DNA of 64,000 nucleotides from Octopus sinensis. Taxonomy: Eukaryota. The first letter of the stretch is position 1; the number at the start of each line of letters is the position of its first letter. Positions 42,045-54,753 of this stretch are shown one piece after another. The stretch lies in the NCBI RefSeq assembly GCF_006345805.1, contig NC_043007.1, positions 35,216,001 through 35,280,000 on the forward strand. The letters run 5' to 3'. The translations under genes were made by a program, and so were the position numbers. The notes beneath the pieces are model-generated. The model ran no database searches. It saw only the letters and a program-made list of their open reading frames with translations, and had not been told where the DNA came from.

Positions 42045-42119
42045 TATATATATATTAAAATTCAGAAAATGGAGACGTAGCAGTAATATAATTTATTAAC
42101 TGCAAAAATTCAACATATT

Positions 42120-42201
42120 CTCTTACAGCTGTTTCGATTTTGCCCAAAGAATTAAATTCCAGTAGTTAAAAACATTATATTGGGCAAAATCTCATCAGGG
42201 G
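42120..42201 (-). ncRNA. Type I hammerhead ribozyme-like motif, canonical core
   Basis: CTGATGA-GATTTTGCCCAA-loop-TTGGGCAAAATC-GAA-ACAGCTGT-A; 12-bp perfect stem II, palindromic stem III, GUA site; stem I pairing is weak. Confidence 0.72.
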
Positions 42202-42346
42202 AGTTGAAAAGACTTTACCCTCAGGTCAATAGATGTTATACAACCAAATCATCTCGCCACACTCATGTTATGCTACCAAATCATCTCAATAGATTAGATG
42301 ATTTGGTGCCATATCATCTAATAACCTAACGGTATGTCTTTTCTAC

Positions 42347-42429
42347 TCCTCCGATGAGATTTTACCCAATATAATATTTTTAATTACTGAAATTTAATTC
42401 TTTGGACAAAATCGAAACGGCTGTAAGAG
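42347..42429 (+). ncRNA. Hammerhead-like motif, diverged copy
   Basis: CCGATGA-gattttacccaa..ttggacaaaatc-GAAA-cggctgta. Confidence 0.5.
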
Positions 42430-42866
42430 AATATATTGAATTTTTGCAGTTAATAAATTATATCAATGCTACATCTACATTTTCTGAATTTTAATTTGAA
42501 TATTTATAAACCAAGATTTATACTTAAACCTATTATTTTATGAATATTACTATTCACACAAAAAATAATTGGTAATGAACCAGTAATTCATTGGATATTT
42601 TATCCCCTAATGAGGCTATTTTAATCTCTATTCATATATATATAATTGGAGTCTAATGTTTTCATTGATCACAATATATTTGGATTCGCGTTTTCAAGTA
42701 GAAGATTCATAATAGCTTTCTCCGAGAAGAAAACCAATCGTAACATCTGGTTATGTTGTAAGAAGGCAATAAATGCATGCTATACTTTCTTTGTATCATT
42801 GAGGTCTTTGTTATTACCTAATACTACGACCACGTAAGACTTTTCGGCGGCTGAGAGAGAGAAGGG

Positions 42867-42970
42867 TCGTTCGACTACTTTCCTCAAACCAAACATCGTT
42901 CGACTACTTTCCTCAAATCAAATATCGTTCGACTACATTCCTCTAATCAAATATCGCTTGATTCTATTCT
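42867..42970. repeat. 29-bp tandem repeat, ~3.5 copies
   Basis: Unit tcgttcgactactttcctcaaaccaaaca, decaying left to right. Confidence 0.9.
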
Positions 42971-43984
42971 CGTTTGCCAAACTAATTGTCTCTACACCAT
43001 TAATACATTGTATGGTTTACGTTTTTAACAATACGATAATATATTCTTCATAACTTTTCCAGTTGAGAGGTGATATTAGACGTTTCTCAGCGGGGAATAT
43101 TTTTATCACCTCAGTTTGGAGTAGAGGTGAAGATGAAATTCTTGGGGAGAAAGTGTGAAAAGATTTGACTGAAAAGTGACGAAAATCTATTTAGACAACG
43201 ATGAAAATTAAATTAATCTCGAATTACTGATTAAAGTTTTGAAATAGTTTTGAGAGTATTATTTCAGTAATGACGTTACAGGAACTTAAGGAATGAGATT
43301 GGCAGTGAGGTGGGGACCATCATTCAAAACCTTCTACAGTGTCTCAGTGGCGGTCATGTGTACAGTGTTCAGTTCTTAGGAACGAAAGTGGGGGTATATT
43401 TTTAGGGCCTATTATTATTTTAAAGCGGTGAGTTGGGTAAAACACTTAAGTGACATTTCGTCCGTCTTTACGTTCTGAGTTCAAATTCTGCCGAGGTCGA
43501 CATTACCTTTCATCCTTTCGGAGTCGATTAAATAAGTACCAGTCGAATACCAGGGGTCAATGTAATCGGCTATCTCCTCCCCCAAATTTCAGGCATTGTG
43601 CCTATAGTAGAAAGGATTATTATTTCTAAAGTGGTGAGTTGGATAAAACGCTTTAGCGACATTTCATCAGTCTACGTTTTGAGTTCAAAATACCCCGAGG
43701 TCGATTTTGCTTTTTATTCTTTCGGGATCACTGGTGTCAATGTAATCGCTTCCTCTCCCCTCAAAAACTGCTGGTCCTGTGCCAAAATTTGAAACCACTA
43801 TCTCTGATTTTCCTTATAGCTCTCTGGTGGGTGATTCTTAACTTCCGAGTTTGTCCCTTTTATTTTTTACGAGTCCGGTGACAAAGCCTTCGCTGACATT
43901 TTTCTAGACATTAAATTTAATTATTTAATTAATTTTTGTGTATCTTGAACATAAAATGGAGTTCTGAATGTTCGCTTTTCTTGT

Positions 43985-44412
43985 GTCTTTTATCTTTTAC
44001 TTGTATCAGCCAATGGACTGCGGTCATGATGGGACACCGCCTCGAGGAGTTAAGTCGAACAAAGCGACTCCAGGACTTATTTTTAAACATGCTATCTATC
44101 CTATTGGCATGTTTTGCCGAACAGCTAAGCTACAGTGATATAAACAAACCAACGCTGGTTAACGGTTGTCCAGAGATGATAAAGAAACATACGCAAAGAA
44201 ACACATATACATGTATGCATAGATATACAGATAGGCAGATATATAGATGTACTGATAAATATATAGAAGACAAGTTTTCCACATGTCCCGTCAACCAAAT
44301 TCACTCGCAAGGAATTGGTCGGTGAGAGGCTATAGGTACCGTGCTGTAGAACTGAAATTGAAACCACGTTGTTTCCAAGCGCACTTCTTAACCACACAGC
44401 AATGACTGCGCC
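43985..44412 (-). mobile_element. Degenerate group 1 SINE
   Basis: Decayed tail, body and head; the head belongs to the inverted duplication. Confidence 0.65.
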
Positions 44413-45080
44413 GAGCTAATTACAATTCATAAACATGAAATGTCGAAACGTGGTTAAAAGTAATTTTCTCCTGACAAAGTTGCAAGGTTGAATGGCGTCT
44501 ATATACCTAGTTATTGACAACTGTAGACTTAACGAAGTGAATTGAGAAATTAGTTTTTCTCGGTCTTTCAACCTGTTCTTCAATATTCACAAACAATATT
44601 CACAGACGGTGGATTCGCCTACTTTTCTACAATGAGGATTCATTAATTTAAAATTAAGTTTTTGCTGCGAAAATGATAATGCAATTATTATATTATGCTT
44701 GTTTTTAGTGGTTTTTAGTGTTTAGCAAACTGGTAGCTAAAATTGACTACCGATCGCTAATTTTAAAACCTGGAAAGAATTGCCGTGATTCTAGGATATA
44801 AGCCTCTCTCTTTTTTTTTCATTCATTCTGCTTCGAATCCTTGATACATTCTGATTATTTAAATGTCAACATGGGTTGCAATCGATATCAAATTCCTGAT
44901 ATTATTTTTCTCAAACCAGAATCTCAAAGCAATATAAATAAATCCGAAGTGGTATCAGTTTCTAAGCATTTTACAAAATAAGATATTGTCTTTTAGCTTA
45001 CAGACAACATTAAAATAATGCCTATGCGCCATTAAAAGGGCCATGTTATCGACAACTATAGACCTTATCAATCTCTTCTT
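44270..45080 (-). repeat. Right arm of the old inverted duplication
   Basis: Shared blocks such as atccgaagtggtatcagtttcta, ggattcgcctacttttcta and aaactggtagctaaaattg are reverse complements of the left arm. Confidence 0.8.
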
Positions 45081-45489
45081 CATAATCTAAAGGTATTTCA
45101 TAAATTCGTTTTCAAATTAAATTGTTGATTGATAATTATCATTATCTGGCTGCTTTTAAATAAAAAAAAAGGGGGGAGCTTGATGTTTCACATGATGGGG
45201 ATAAAACTAATACCATAATCTTTTCTACTACGAGTACAAGGATGAAATTTTGGGCGGATGGGGATATATCGCTCTCAGTCATTATTTCACCGATCTCGAA
45301 AAGATCGACAGAATTAGAACTCAGAACGTAAAACCCGGAGGAAATGCAGGTAAGCTTTCGTCTGGCACACTAACGATTCTGCCAGCTCACCGCTAAGTAA
45401 AATAGGTATTTTAATAAAACTAAAAATACAATGTACAATTATGAAGTTTTAGAGAAACGGCCGTACATAAAGGAGTTGGTGACAGAAAT

Positions 45490-46035
45490 GTCTCCTTTTA
45501 AACGCCGCACGGTCGTCCCTAACAAAAGAATATAGCCCAAATACATGGTATAATGAATAAGAGCCAGAATGAATAAGAAAGACGACACAACCGTTCTACT
45601 GCTTCAGAGAAATATAGATTTTATTTACAGAAGTGTACAATAGGATAAAGTATGGGTGCTGGCAGAGTGGAGTGTCTGTGTGCATGCGACAAGTGTGTCT
45701 GAGTCGCTGACTGGGGCAGGAACATGGCTGGCTGGTCTGGTCATTGCTCTGTGGTCAGAGGTTAGTCCTGAGAAGGACTAGAACCAAAGACGAGAAATAG
45801 TGATTTGCTGGCGCCTTTTATAACAGTAGGTGGGCTCCAGTGAAAGCTCCAAAAAGACTGTGTCATGGCACCTTATCCGAAGGCCGTGATTGGTTGGTTT
45901 ACACACTGGCGCGAAATAAAACTGCACCAAAACCAACCAATCAGAGTAGCGGACACAACTGAGCCTAAGTAGCCGAAAGATGATTGCTAGCTAACACGAG
46001 ATCATTTCTAATATATCTCTGAAACAGTGAGGATA
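45490..46035 (-). mobile_element. Possible solo LTR
   Basis: Minus strand has a TG start, two CCAAT-type boxes, TATAAAAGG and a downstream AATAAA, in LTR order. No TSD or partner found. Confidence 0.35.
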
Positions 46036-46456
46036 TCACCGAGCCACGCTACAAGGTTTATCACACTTAGTTCGATAGTTCTAGTTACAGAGTTGGTCTG
46101 CGTAGTTGAGCTTCGAACTTTTGTATAATAGTTTCACACTTTTCTATTGATACATTTCACCCTTTTGTTCTGACATTTCAAATTTTTGAAATACCTTATT
46201 GTTATTTAACTTTTAATGTAATTGCATAATGTACAAACCCCTTTCTCATTTTAAGCAGAGCAAATTAAGCCTATCACCTAATACCATAGTGAATGCCTAT
46301 TCATAGATTTATTGAAAGGCTTCTTGATAGCGCAAAAACCGTCTTTTATGTAATTTACACCCAAGCTTTACTACCTTACAAGACTATGTGATCATTGAAA
46401 AAAAGAAAGAAAAGTCCAAATAAAGTTAATCAAACTATTTCAAAAAAATGTATGAT

Positions 46457-46633
46457 GGTGCAGGAGTGGATGTGTGGTAAGTAGCTTGTTTACCAACCAC
46501 ATGGTTCCGGGTTCAGTCCCACTGCATGGCACCTTGGGCAAGTGTCTTCTACTATAGCCTCGGGCCAACCAAAGCCTTGTGAGTGGATTTGGTAGACGGA
46601 AACTGAAAGAAGCCCGTCGTATATATGTATATA

Positions 46634-46689
<56 letters not shown>

Positions 46690-46927
46690 CGTGTGTGTGT
46701 GCGTGTGTGTGTGTGTGTGGTGGTGTGTGTGTGTGTTTGTGTGTCTGTTTGTCCCCTAGCATTGCTTGACAACCGATGGTGGTGTGTTTATGTCCCCGTT
46801 ACTTAGCGGTTTGGCAAAAGAGACCGATAGAATAAGTCCCGGGGTCGACTTGCTCGACTAAAGGCGGTGCTCCAGCATGGCCACAGTCAAATGACTGAAA
46901 CTAGTAAAAGAGTAAAAGAGTAAAGAG
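46457..46927 (+). mobile_element. Group 1 SINE
   Basis: Head, TA/TG tract, body, tail gtaaaagagtaaaagagtaaagag abutting the palindrome. Confidence 0.92.
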
Positions 46928-47814
46928 TAACTAAACAGTTCTAAAAACACACTAAATTAATAACATAGTGACACCAGTTTAATTACAGTCGCAGTAGCTT
47001 CGTATTTAAGAAGTACATCAACTTAGTCTCTTTTACCTTTAACCTTGCAAAGATTTTAATTGGTGTCATCTAATTTTATATATTTTGTTACAAAACTGTG
47101 TCCGGTAGTGAAGCTTCACTCAGGACTTCAGCAGTTTTGGCGAGTTAAGAGTTACTCCATAATCGCCACTACTCTCGTGTTCTCTTTGACCTGTAGTGTT
47201 AGCATTTGTCAAAGACCCCTTACTTATGAGTCAAATAATAGATGGACCCGTGGTGTAGGTATACATGACTTGGAGAAAGGTTTGGGCCCTAGATATATGT
47301 TATACAGGCTCATCAGTGTGTGGACATACCCTGGTGTCACATAATCCGGTTCCTTTAATTAAGGGTTTCATGAAACCCTTAATTAAAGGAACCGGATTAT
47401 GTGACACCAGGGTATGTCCACACACTGATGAGCCTGTATAACATATATCTAGGGCCCAAACCTTTCTCCAAGTCATGTATACCTACACCACGGGTCCATC
47501 TATTATTTGACTCATAAGTAAGGGGTCTTTGACAAATGCTAACACTACAGGTCAAAGAGAACACGAGAGTAGTGGCGATTATGGGGTAACTCTTAACTCG
47601 CCAAAACTGCTGAAGTCCTGAGTGAAGCTTCACTACCGGACACAGTTTTGTAACAAAATATATAAAATTAGATGACACCAATTAAAATCTTTGCAAGGTT
47701 AAAGGTAACAGAGACTAAGTTGATGTACTTCTCAAATACGAAGCTACTGCGACTGTAATTAAACTGGTGTCACTATGTTATTAATTTAGTGTGTTTTTAG
47801 AACTGTTTAGTTAC
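46927..47814. repeat. 888-bp palindrome with no spacer
   Basis: Centre ...gggtttca|tgaaaccc... at 47370/47371; 444-bp arms; three mismatches seen. Confidence 0.97.
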
Positions 47815-47875
47815 ACTTTGCAAAAAATTGTTACAAAAATTGATTATGAACGAACACAGCCTTTTTTAGAAACTA

Positions 47876-48432
47876 TTGGGTTGTCCGGAAAGTTTGTGTC
47901 GATTTTTGAAGGAAAGAAAAGGGTCAATAAATACTTGCCATTACATTTTTAATCAAGCAAATTTTGTTGCACAATGCGTCTCCATCTTTCCTTTAACTTG
48001 AAAATACCCTCTTCCCAGAATTGAAGTGGTTTCATGGCAAAGAATTCATCAAGGTATCTTTTTACGTCATCCAAGGAATTGAAATTTTTACCATTAAGAC
48101 TATTTTGCAGAGACCTGAATAAGTGGAAATTCGAAGGAGCAATATCTGGCGAATAGGGAGGGTGGGGTAACACATTTCAGCCGAGCTGCAGCAATTTTTG
48201 TCTGGTTCCCAAAGCATCAAGTGCCGAAAATGAACTTTCTTATCTTCCATTTTAAAGGGTTACAGAATTAACACAGGTTATAGGAACATAAACCTTCTTC
48301 CACGAAAAGATAGCTTAAACTGTGCTCAAAATGGAGGTGTGGTCAAATCCTATTCTATGAATTCAACCATGTTCTAAAATAAGTCGAAATGTAAGCTACT
48401 ATAAATCGGCACGAACTTTCCGAACAACCCAA
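47876..48432 (-). mobile_element. Complete non-autonomous mariner deletion derivative (557 bp)
   Basis: TIRs at both ends, TA at 47874-75 and 48433-34; same internal deletion junction as the 17516 copy. Confidence 0.95.
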
Positions 48433-48489
48433 TATTATATCAAATGTGGTTTATGGACATCCTTCAAATATCTGTGAAAGTTTATCATT

Positions 48490-48935
48490 AACCAATGTTT
48501 CGTTCCGAAGACAAATTATAAAATATCTGTGAATATTGTAGAACAAGTTGAAAGATCGGTAAAAACAAATTTAACATTTCATGTTGTTAAGTCTACAGTT
48601 GTTGTTATCAAGATCCTTATCAAGGCATATTATTTTAATGGTGTCTATTCACTGAAAGAATACATGCTATTTTAAAAATACCTAAAAACTAATATTACTA
48701 GGGAGTATATTTGTATTAAATTATGATCGTGGTTTTATAAAAAATAAAGATCTGTTAGGAATTTTTATATCGATTACGCTTACCGCATAATGCTACCTCA
48801 GTAAACGAAAATTGAAAGGCCCCGTAGCACATTCGAACAAGAATATGTCCTAGAGTCATTGTAACATTGCATTGTTCACAGACACAATCTAGAAGCAAAA
48901 ACATGAATCCAATTGTGCATTATTCATTTTAATAT
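48490..48935 (+). pseudogene. hAT transposase remnant
   Basis: HCIVHRHNLEAK at 48865-48900 (CxxH motif region); upstream sequence homologous to 41520-41625 and 41130-41230. Confidence 0.7.
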
Positions 48936-49608
48936 ACCTCGTGTCTTTTTTCTTTATTTTTGTTTACTTGTTTCAGTTCGTCGAACTGCGGCCATGCTGG
49001 GGCACCACCTCCAGTCTGGTTCATGTTCTATCGATCTCAAACCAACACCTGTTGTGGGGTTGAACCCACAAAGTGTACTTTTAACCACTCAGCCGTGTTT
49101 GTACCTGAAACATTTAATTAATTGTTAAATTATCAATGAAATAAAATCAAATAGCACATATGATCATAATAATTCAGAAAGCGATTTTTTGTTTTGTTTT
49201 ATATAGATGTGTGCGTGTGTGGGGGGGGGTAATGAATCGATGAACGATATGCGAGACTTCTATGTACAAAAGTCCGATGGCTAATCAGGCTTAGGAAGAT
49301 TTTAGCGCCTTTTCGATATTATGGTTAATTTTGTAGAAAGTGAAGTAATTGATGATATCATTAAACGTATATGGAAGCATATATTAACACATCTTATTTT
49401 ATGCTTACGTTTATCGAATGCTTAGTGAGATATCACTATAACTTCAAGGAAAATTCTAAAACAGTGTTTACTTAAAACCTGAAAATTTTTCAAGCAAATT
49501 TACTTTTTAAAAAAAAGGGAAAATAAAACCCTTTGACAATATGACCGAGTTTTGAGAAATATATGCAGTACTTTAGAAAATCTCGGAGCAGATTCTGGAC
49601 GATAATTA

Positions 49609-49658
<50 letters not shown>

Positions 49659-50342
49659 TTAAACTGAAGTAAAATCATGGATGGTTGACCCTTTTAAATG
49701 CGTTAAGAAGCTGCCTTGACAACCACGTGGTTTCAGGTTCGGTCCCACTGCCCAGCATTTTCTACTATTATCCCAGGTTGACCAATACCATATGTTGAAT
49801 TTGGTGAACGGAAACAGTGTGGAAGCCGTTCGTATATGTGTCTGTGTTTCTGCGTTTCTCCAAACCACCGTTTAACAACCAGTATTGGTTTGATTACGTC
49901 CTTATAATTCTCATAAACTAGCGGTTCGGCACTGGATAGATACTAAGCTTACAAAATTAAGTACTAGGGATTCGTTTGGCTAAAACTCTTCTAGGCAGTA
50001 CTCCATCCTGGCCGCAACCCAGTGACTGAAACAAGTAAAGGACGAAAGAATAAATACTTGGAGCACAATGAAGTAATTACGCAAAATTCAAGACAAACTG
50101 AATTCTGGTCATTAAATGACAGCAAAACAACACGTCCTGAATAATTGCCTCTTTTCCAACATTGTATAAGGCTGAAACTGTATCAGTAGTTCACTGAATA
50201 AATTACTGAATGACGAAAGAAATGGATTGGCTTATGCAAAAAAAAAAGACAAAACTATTTAGGTCAAGGACGTTGAACCAAACATTGCATATTTAACAGA
50301 AAAACACCATTATGTAGGATCTCAATATGTAGGATATGTTAA

Positions 50343-50573
50343 GGCAGCGAGCTGGCAGAAACGTTAGCGCGCCGGGCAAAATTCTTCGCGGTATTTCGTC
50401 TGCCGCTACGTTCTGAGTTCAAGTTCCGCCGAGGTCGACTTTGCCTTTCATCCTTTCGGCTTTGATAAACAAAGTACCAGTTTCGCACTAAGGTCGATGT
50501 AATCGACTTAATCCCTTCGTCTGTCCTTGTTTGTCCCCACTATGTTTAGCCCCTTGTGAGCAATGAAGAAATA
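50343..50573 (+). mobile_element. Group 2 SINE with 19-bp TSD
   Basis: aatatgtaggatatgttaa at 50324-50342 and 50574-50592. Confidence 0.93.
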
Positions 50574-50944
50574 AATATGTAGGATATGTTAAATAATAAA
50601 GCAACTTTGAAGGTTGCTTTTATATTTCACATTCTTGCATTTAAGTATTGATATAAAAATACAGTGAGCATAAATATTTTCAAGGGACTTGTGTTAAAAA
50701 AAGACTGAGGATCACTAATGGGATTCTTAAAGGGTCTTTAAGAAAAAGAAATGAAATTGGTCTGACGAAGGCTGACAAATACTAATGGAAATGATTTGTA
50801 ATTAGTCCTAAGACAAACGAAGCAACTCGAACAAAAGCTAGGGTCGTTAATGTAAGATATTAAAGAATCTAAAACAAGACGAATTTAGTCGAGCGGTGGC
50901 TGAAAGCCATAACCGTAAATGATTCCTAAAGAAAGGAAAGACGA

Positions 50945-51405
50945 TATTAGTCTGGTCAGCCTGTAATGATATGCACAAGATCTGGTCATCAAATCTAAGT
51001 AGAGATATCAAACTTAAAATCTTCAAAGCCACAGTCGAACCAATTCTACTATATGGCTCAGAAACCTGTACGTTATCAAAGAAGCTTGAGAGGCGGTTGG
51101 ATGGGACTTACACTCGCCTCCTTATGAGAGCTCAAAATCTCTCGTATCATCTCTTGTAAAAGGTAGAAGAGTCCAGTTTGCTGGACATTGTTGTAGAGCT
51201 GAAAACGAGGTAATTTCTGCTCTTCTCCTCTTGAAGTCATCTACTCGCGATACCAGAGGGCGCACACTCTCCTACCCTGATGTAATCTCCAGGGATACAG
51301 GCATCCAGCAACAGGACCTCTGGAGTGCTATGATGGACCGTGAAGTCTGGCGTAGCATAGTAAATTCCATTGTCTCGACCACGGTCGAACAATGATGATG
51401 ATGAT
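50945..51405 (+). mobile_element. 5'-truncated RTE-clade LINE
   Basis: WSACNDMHKIWSSNLSRDIKLKIFKATVEPILLYGSET.TLSKKLERRLDGTYTRLL; 3' hairpin tcgaccacggtcga; (GAT)n tail. Confidence 0.88.
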
Positions 51406-51937
51406 TAGTCTTTCTTAAGAAAGACGAAATTAGTCAACAATTCCTCTCTTTCTTAGCTGCAGGAGTGACAAGAAAGTTCCTGCGCAACTCGCGGATCAAA
51501 TAACAAGTGGTATTTTCTTTCGGAAACATCGCTTTTTTCGATTTTCTCACCAATGTCTCCAAAGTGACTGTGATTATTTTCTGATTGAATTCTTCTTTTT
51601 TTTTTAAATCGAATGACAGAAAAATATTAATTTTCATTTTCTTCAGCATAGCACCGACATTTGTCACTCGTTTTTTTTTTCCTAAATTATTTCAATAAAT
51701 TAAATTTAATGTTCAGTAGGTTTCTTTGATTAAATTTTTGAGAAGAATTTATGTCTTCGGTCAGCGTTGAAGCTATGGTCGGGCGATTCTGTCTGGCCTT
51801 CTTAATTGGCTACTCACCCACTCACTCTCTCTCTCTCTCTCTCTCTCCCTCTCTCTCTCTCTTTCAGTGACTATATAAACTAAAATATGACTGATCTCGG
51901 CGAGTTGACAGATTTATGATACATGACGTGGCCCATA

Positions 51938-51972
<35 letters not shown>

Positions 51973-52003
51973 AATGATGATGATGATGATAATGATAATG
52001 ATG

Positions 52004-52062
<59 letters not shown>
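51938..52062. repeat. (GAT)n/(AAT)n microsatellite
   Basis: Read directly. Confidence 0.95.
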
Positions 52063-52063
<1 letters not shown>

Positions 52064-52889
52064 GTAATAGCGAAGAAACGAAAATGTCTCCAGCATTCTA
52101 TAGTGAGACAGAAAAGAGACTGAATAATAATGTTTCAACTTAACTTTATTGCTGACTGGAATTAATTTATTACTACAAAAGGTGCAAGGGGTGTTGGGAA
52201 GTTGCGACAATGGTGAAGCCTTGAATTTAAAATTGGTTGCCGATTTAGTGTTGCCTTGCAGGCGTTCTACGAACTTCAGCCGTGAGAAATTAGATTTAAT
52301 AATTAAACTGTATTGATTTATAAACCTTTAGTAGTGGAAAATACACTCTGCTGCAAGTATTTGGACCAAGACTCCGGTTTAAGAATAAATCTCTCCTGTT
52401 CTCTCAAGAACAACAGAGGTCCTGGAAGTCTCAGAATCGCTGCCACCACCAACGACAAACATTATTTAAAGACTGCGGAAGTGTATACTCATAAAAGAAG
52501 ATAAATATATTGTAAGATACTAGAAAATGCAATGCCCCTTATCATATATTTGAAATATAAGAAAGGGAAGTTGTTTGGGATGCGCAAGCTTTCCCCTATC
52601 ATGAGGCTAAGAATCTTGCAAGATCACTTATGGGGTTGATATAGCTTTTAAAAAAAATAGCAGCTTTTGGCATCACAGAAAGAAAGGACTCGTCGGACAC
52701 CGTTGCACCGTGTGCTCTAATGGTCACAGTTGCTGTTTTTTTGTTGTTGTTGTTGTTCCAGTTTAGAGCACACGGGGCAGTGGTGTCCGACGTGTCATTT
52801 CTTTCTTTGATGCCAAAGTATCAATTCAGGGAAACTAGGCTGCAATATTTTTGAAGCTAGATCAATGCCATAAGTGATCTTGCAATACC

Positions 52890-52891
52890 AT

Positions 52892-52949
<58 letters not shown>

Positions 52950-53370
52950 GGTGGTGGTAGTGGTGGTGGTGGTGGTGGTGGTGGTGGTGATGGTGGTGGT
53001 GGTGGTGGCGGTGGTGGCGGCGGTGGTGGCGGCGGTGGTGGCGGCGGCGGTGGTGATGATGATGAGGAGGAGGAAGAGGAGGAGGAGGGGGAGGAGAAGG
53101 AGGAGGTGGTGGTGGTGGTGGTGGTGGTGGTAGCGGTATTGATGGTGGTATTGGTGGTGATATTGGTGGTGGCATTGATGGTGGTGGTACTGGTGGTGGT
53201 GGTGTTGGTGGTGGTAGCGGTATTGATGGTGGTATTGGTGGTGATATTGGTGTTGGTGGTGTTGGTGGTGGTATTGATGGTGGTGGTGGTGGTGGTGGTG
53301 GTGGTGGTGGTGGTGGTGGTGGTGATGGTGGTGGTGGTGGTAGAGGAGGAGGAAGAGGAGGGGGAGGATT
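52890..53370. repeat. Compound (GAT)/(GGT)/(GAG) G-rich tract
   Basis: Read directly; source of the poly-P/H ORFs. Confidence 0.95.
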
Positions 53371-54677
53371 GTAGTTTCTCGTAGTCCGAGAAAGACGGTT
53401 CTGCAATATTTCTTGCTCATTAACCTCTTTACAAGTGATTTGCTTGTAATGATCAAACTTTTGTGTTGTACATTAGGTAACTCTCTCTCCATCAAATCGA
53501 CCTTGCCAGAACAGGTGCCCGGTGTGCCAAGCATCAGGTGTCAAAGTGATTGCACAACAAGCTGAGATAAAGTGTTGTGCACCAGCGCACCAAGTCCAGG
53601 AATTGAAACCACGATCTCGCGAACGTGAGTGCAACACCCTAATTACTCGGTCATGCGCCTTTACACCATTGATAATAGGTCTATTTAAATAGGTCTGAAC
53701 TGAAGTTGAACAACAACAGCAACAACAACTTATGTGTTATCAATACGGTTAACAGAAATGAAAGGAAAAAGACGCATGTTGCTGACTCCATAACTATTAC
53801 CTCATTGGTCAAACTTCTATTAGCCTCTCACGTTGACTTAATATGCATTTTCAGACAGCAAATCTGCGCACGATTCTTTTGTGTGTTTTAAATTTTTTTT
53901 TTTTTATTTTATCTTATTTGTATATGTTCAAATTTTTGCAAGCATGAAAGAATATATTTACAAACAACTTCAGAAAAAATACCAAATATTCCTTTGAATT
54001 CTTAGGCAAATAAACACCATATGATAATCCTGTCCCTATAACACGTAGAAACATGCAATTAATAAACAAATTATTTGAAGAAATAAGATTCTAGCCATAT
54101 TTCAAGAACTCCATTGAAATAAACACGCAGAAAACCACAAGTAAAATTTTCCAATTAACAGAAAATTTTCAAATCATAAATTACAGACTCGACAAAATTA
54201 ACAAAATAGATTTAACAATAAAACACTGCCATAGACGCTACTGTTCGTTGCATAACCACTCCCACAGAACTACAACCGAACATTCTACCAAAACACTAAC
54301 CAATCACAATACAATATAGAATTTACCTAATCTAACCAATTACTAACTTCATACATAAACCCACTTGGCATATATACACAAAGACATAAGCACACACACA
54401 CACACACACACACATACACACACTCATAAACATATTCATGCAAATAAACACGCATTTGTGCATACATTCATTCATATACATATATACATACATCTGTGGA
54501 TGTGTATATGTATGTATACAACAGACAGACAGAGATAGAGAGATACAGAGATAGATAGACAGATAGATAGAACTGGTGTTGTCTTTACACCTGATTTCGT
54601 GAGCACCGCTTAAGAGTTACAATTATTCGCTATACACACCATATATACATACATGGAATTGTGTATATATATGTATA

Positions 54678-54753
<76 letters not shown>

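Larger units (their letters stand above)
42054..42495. mobile_element. Miniature fold-back of two inverted pseudo-LTR-like arms
   Basis: Arms ~42054-42213 and ~42336-42495 around a ~120-bp spacer; each arm carries a hammerhead-like core. Confidence 0.8.

Noticed and set aside
47060-47681. Duplicate 94-aa ORFs on opposite strands
   Set aside because: Mirror images produced by the palindrome; no coding features.
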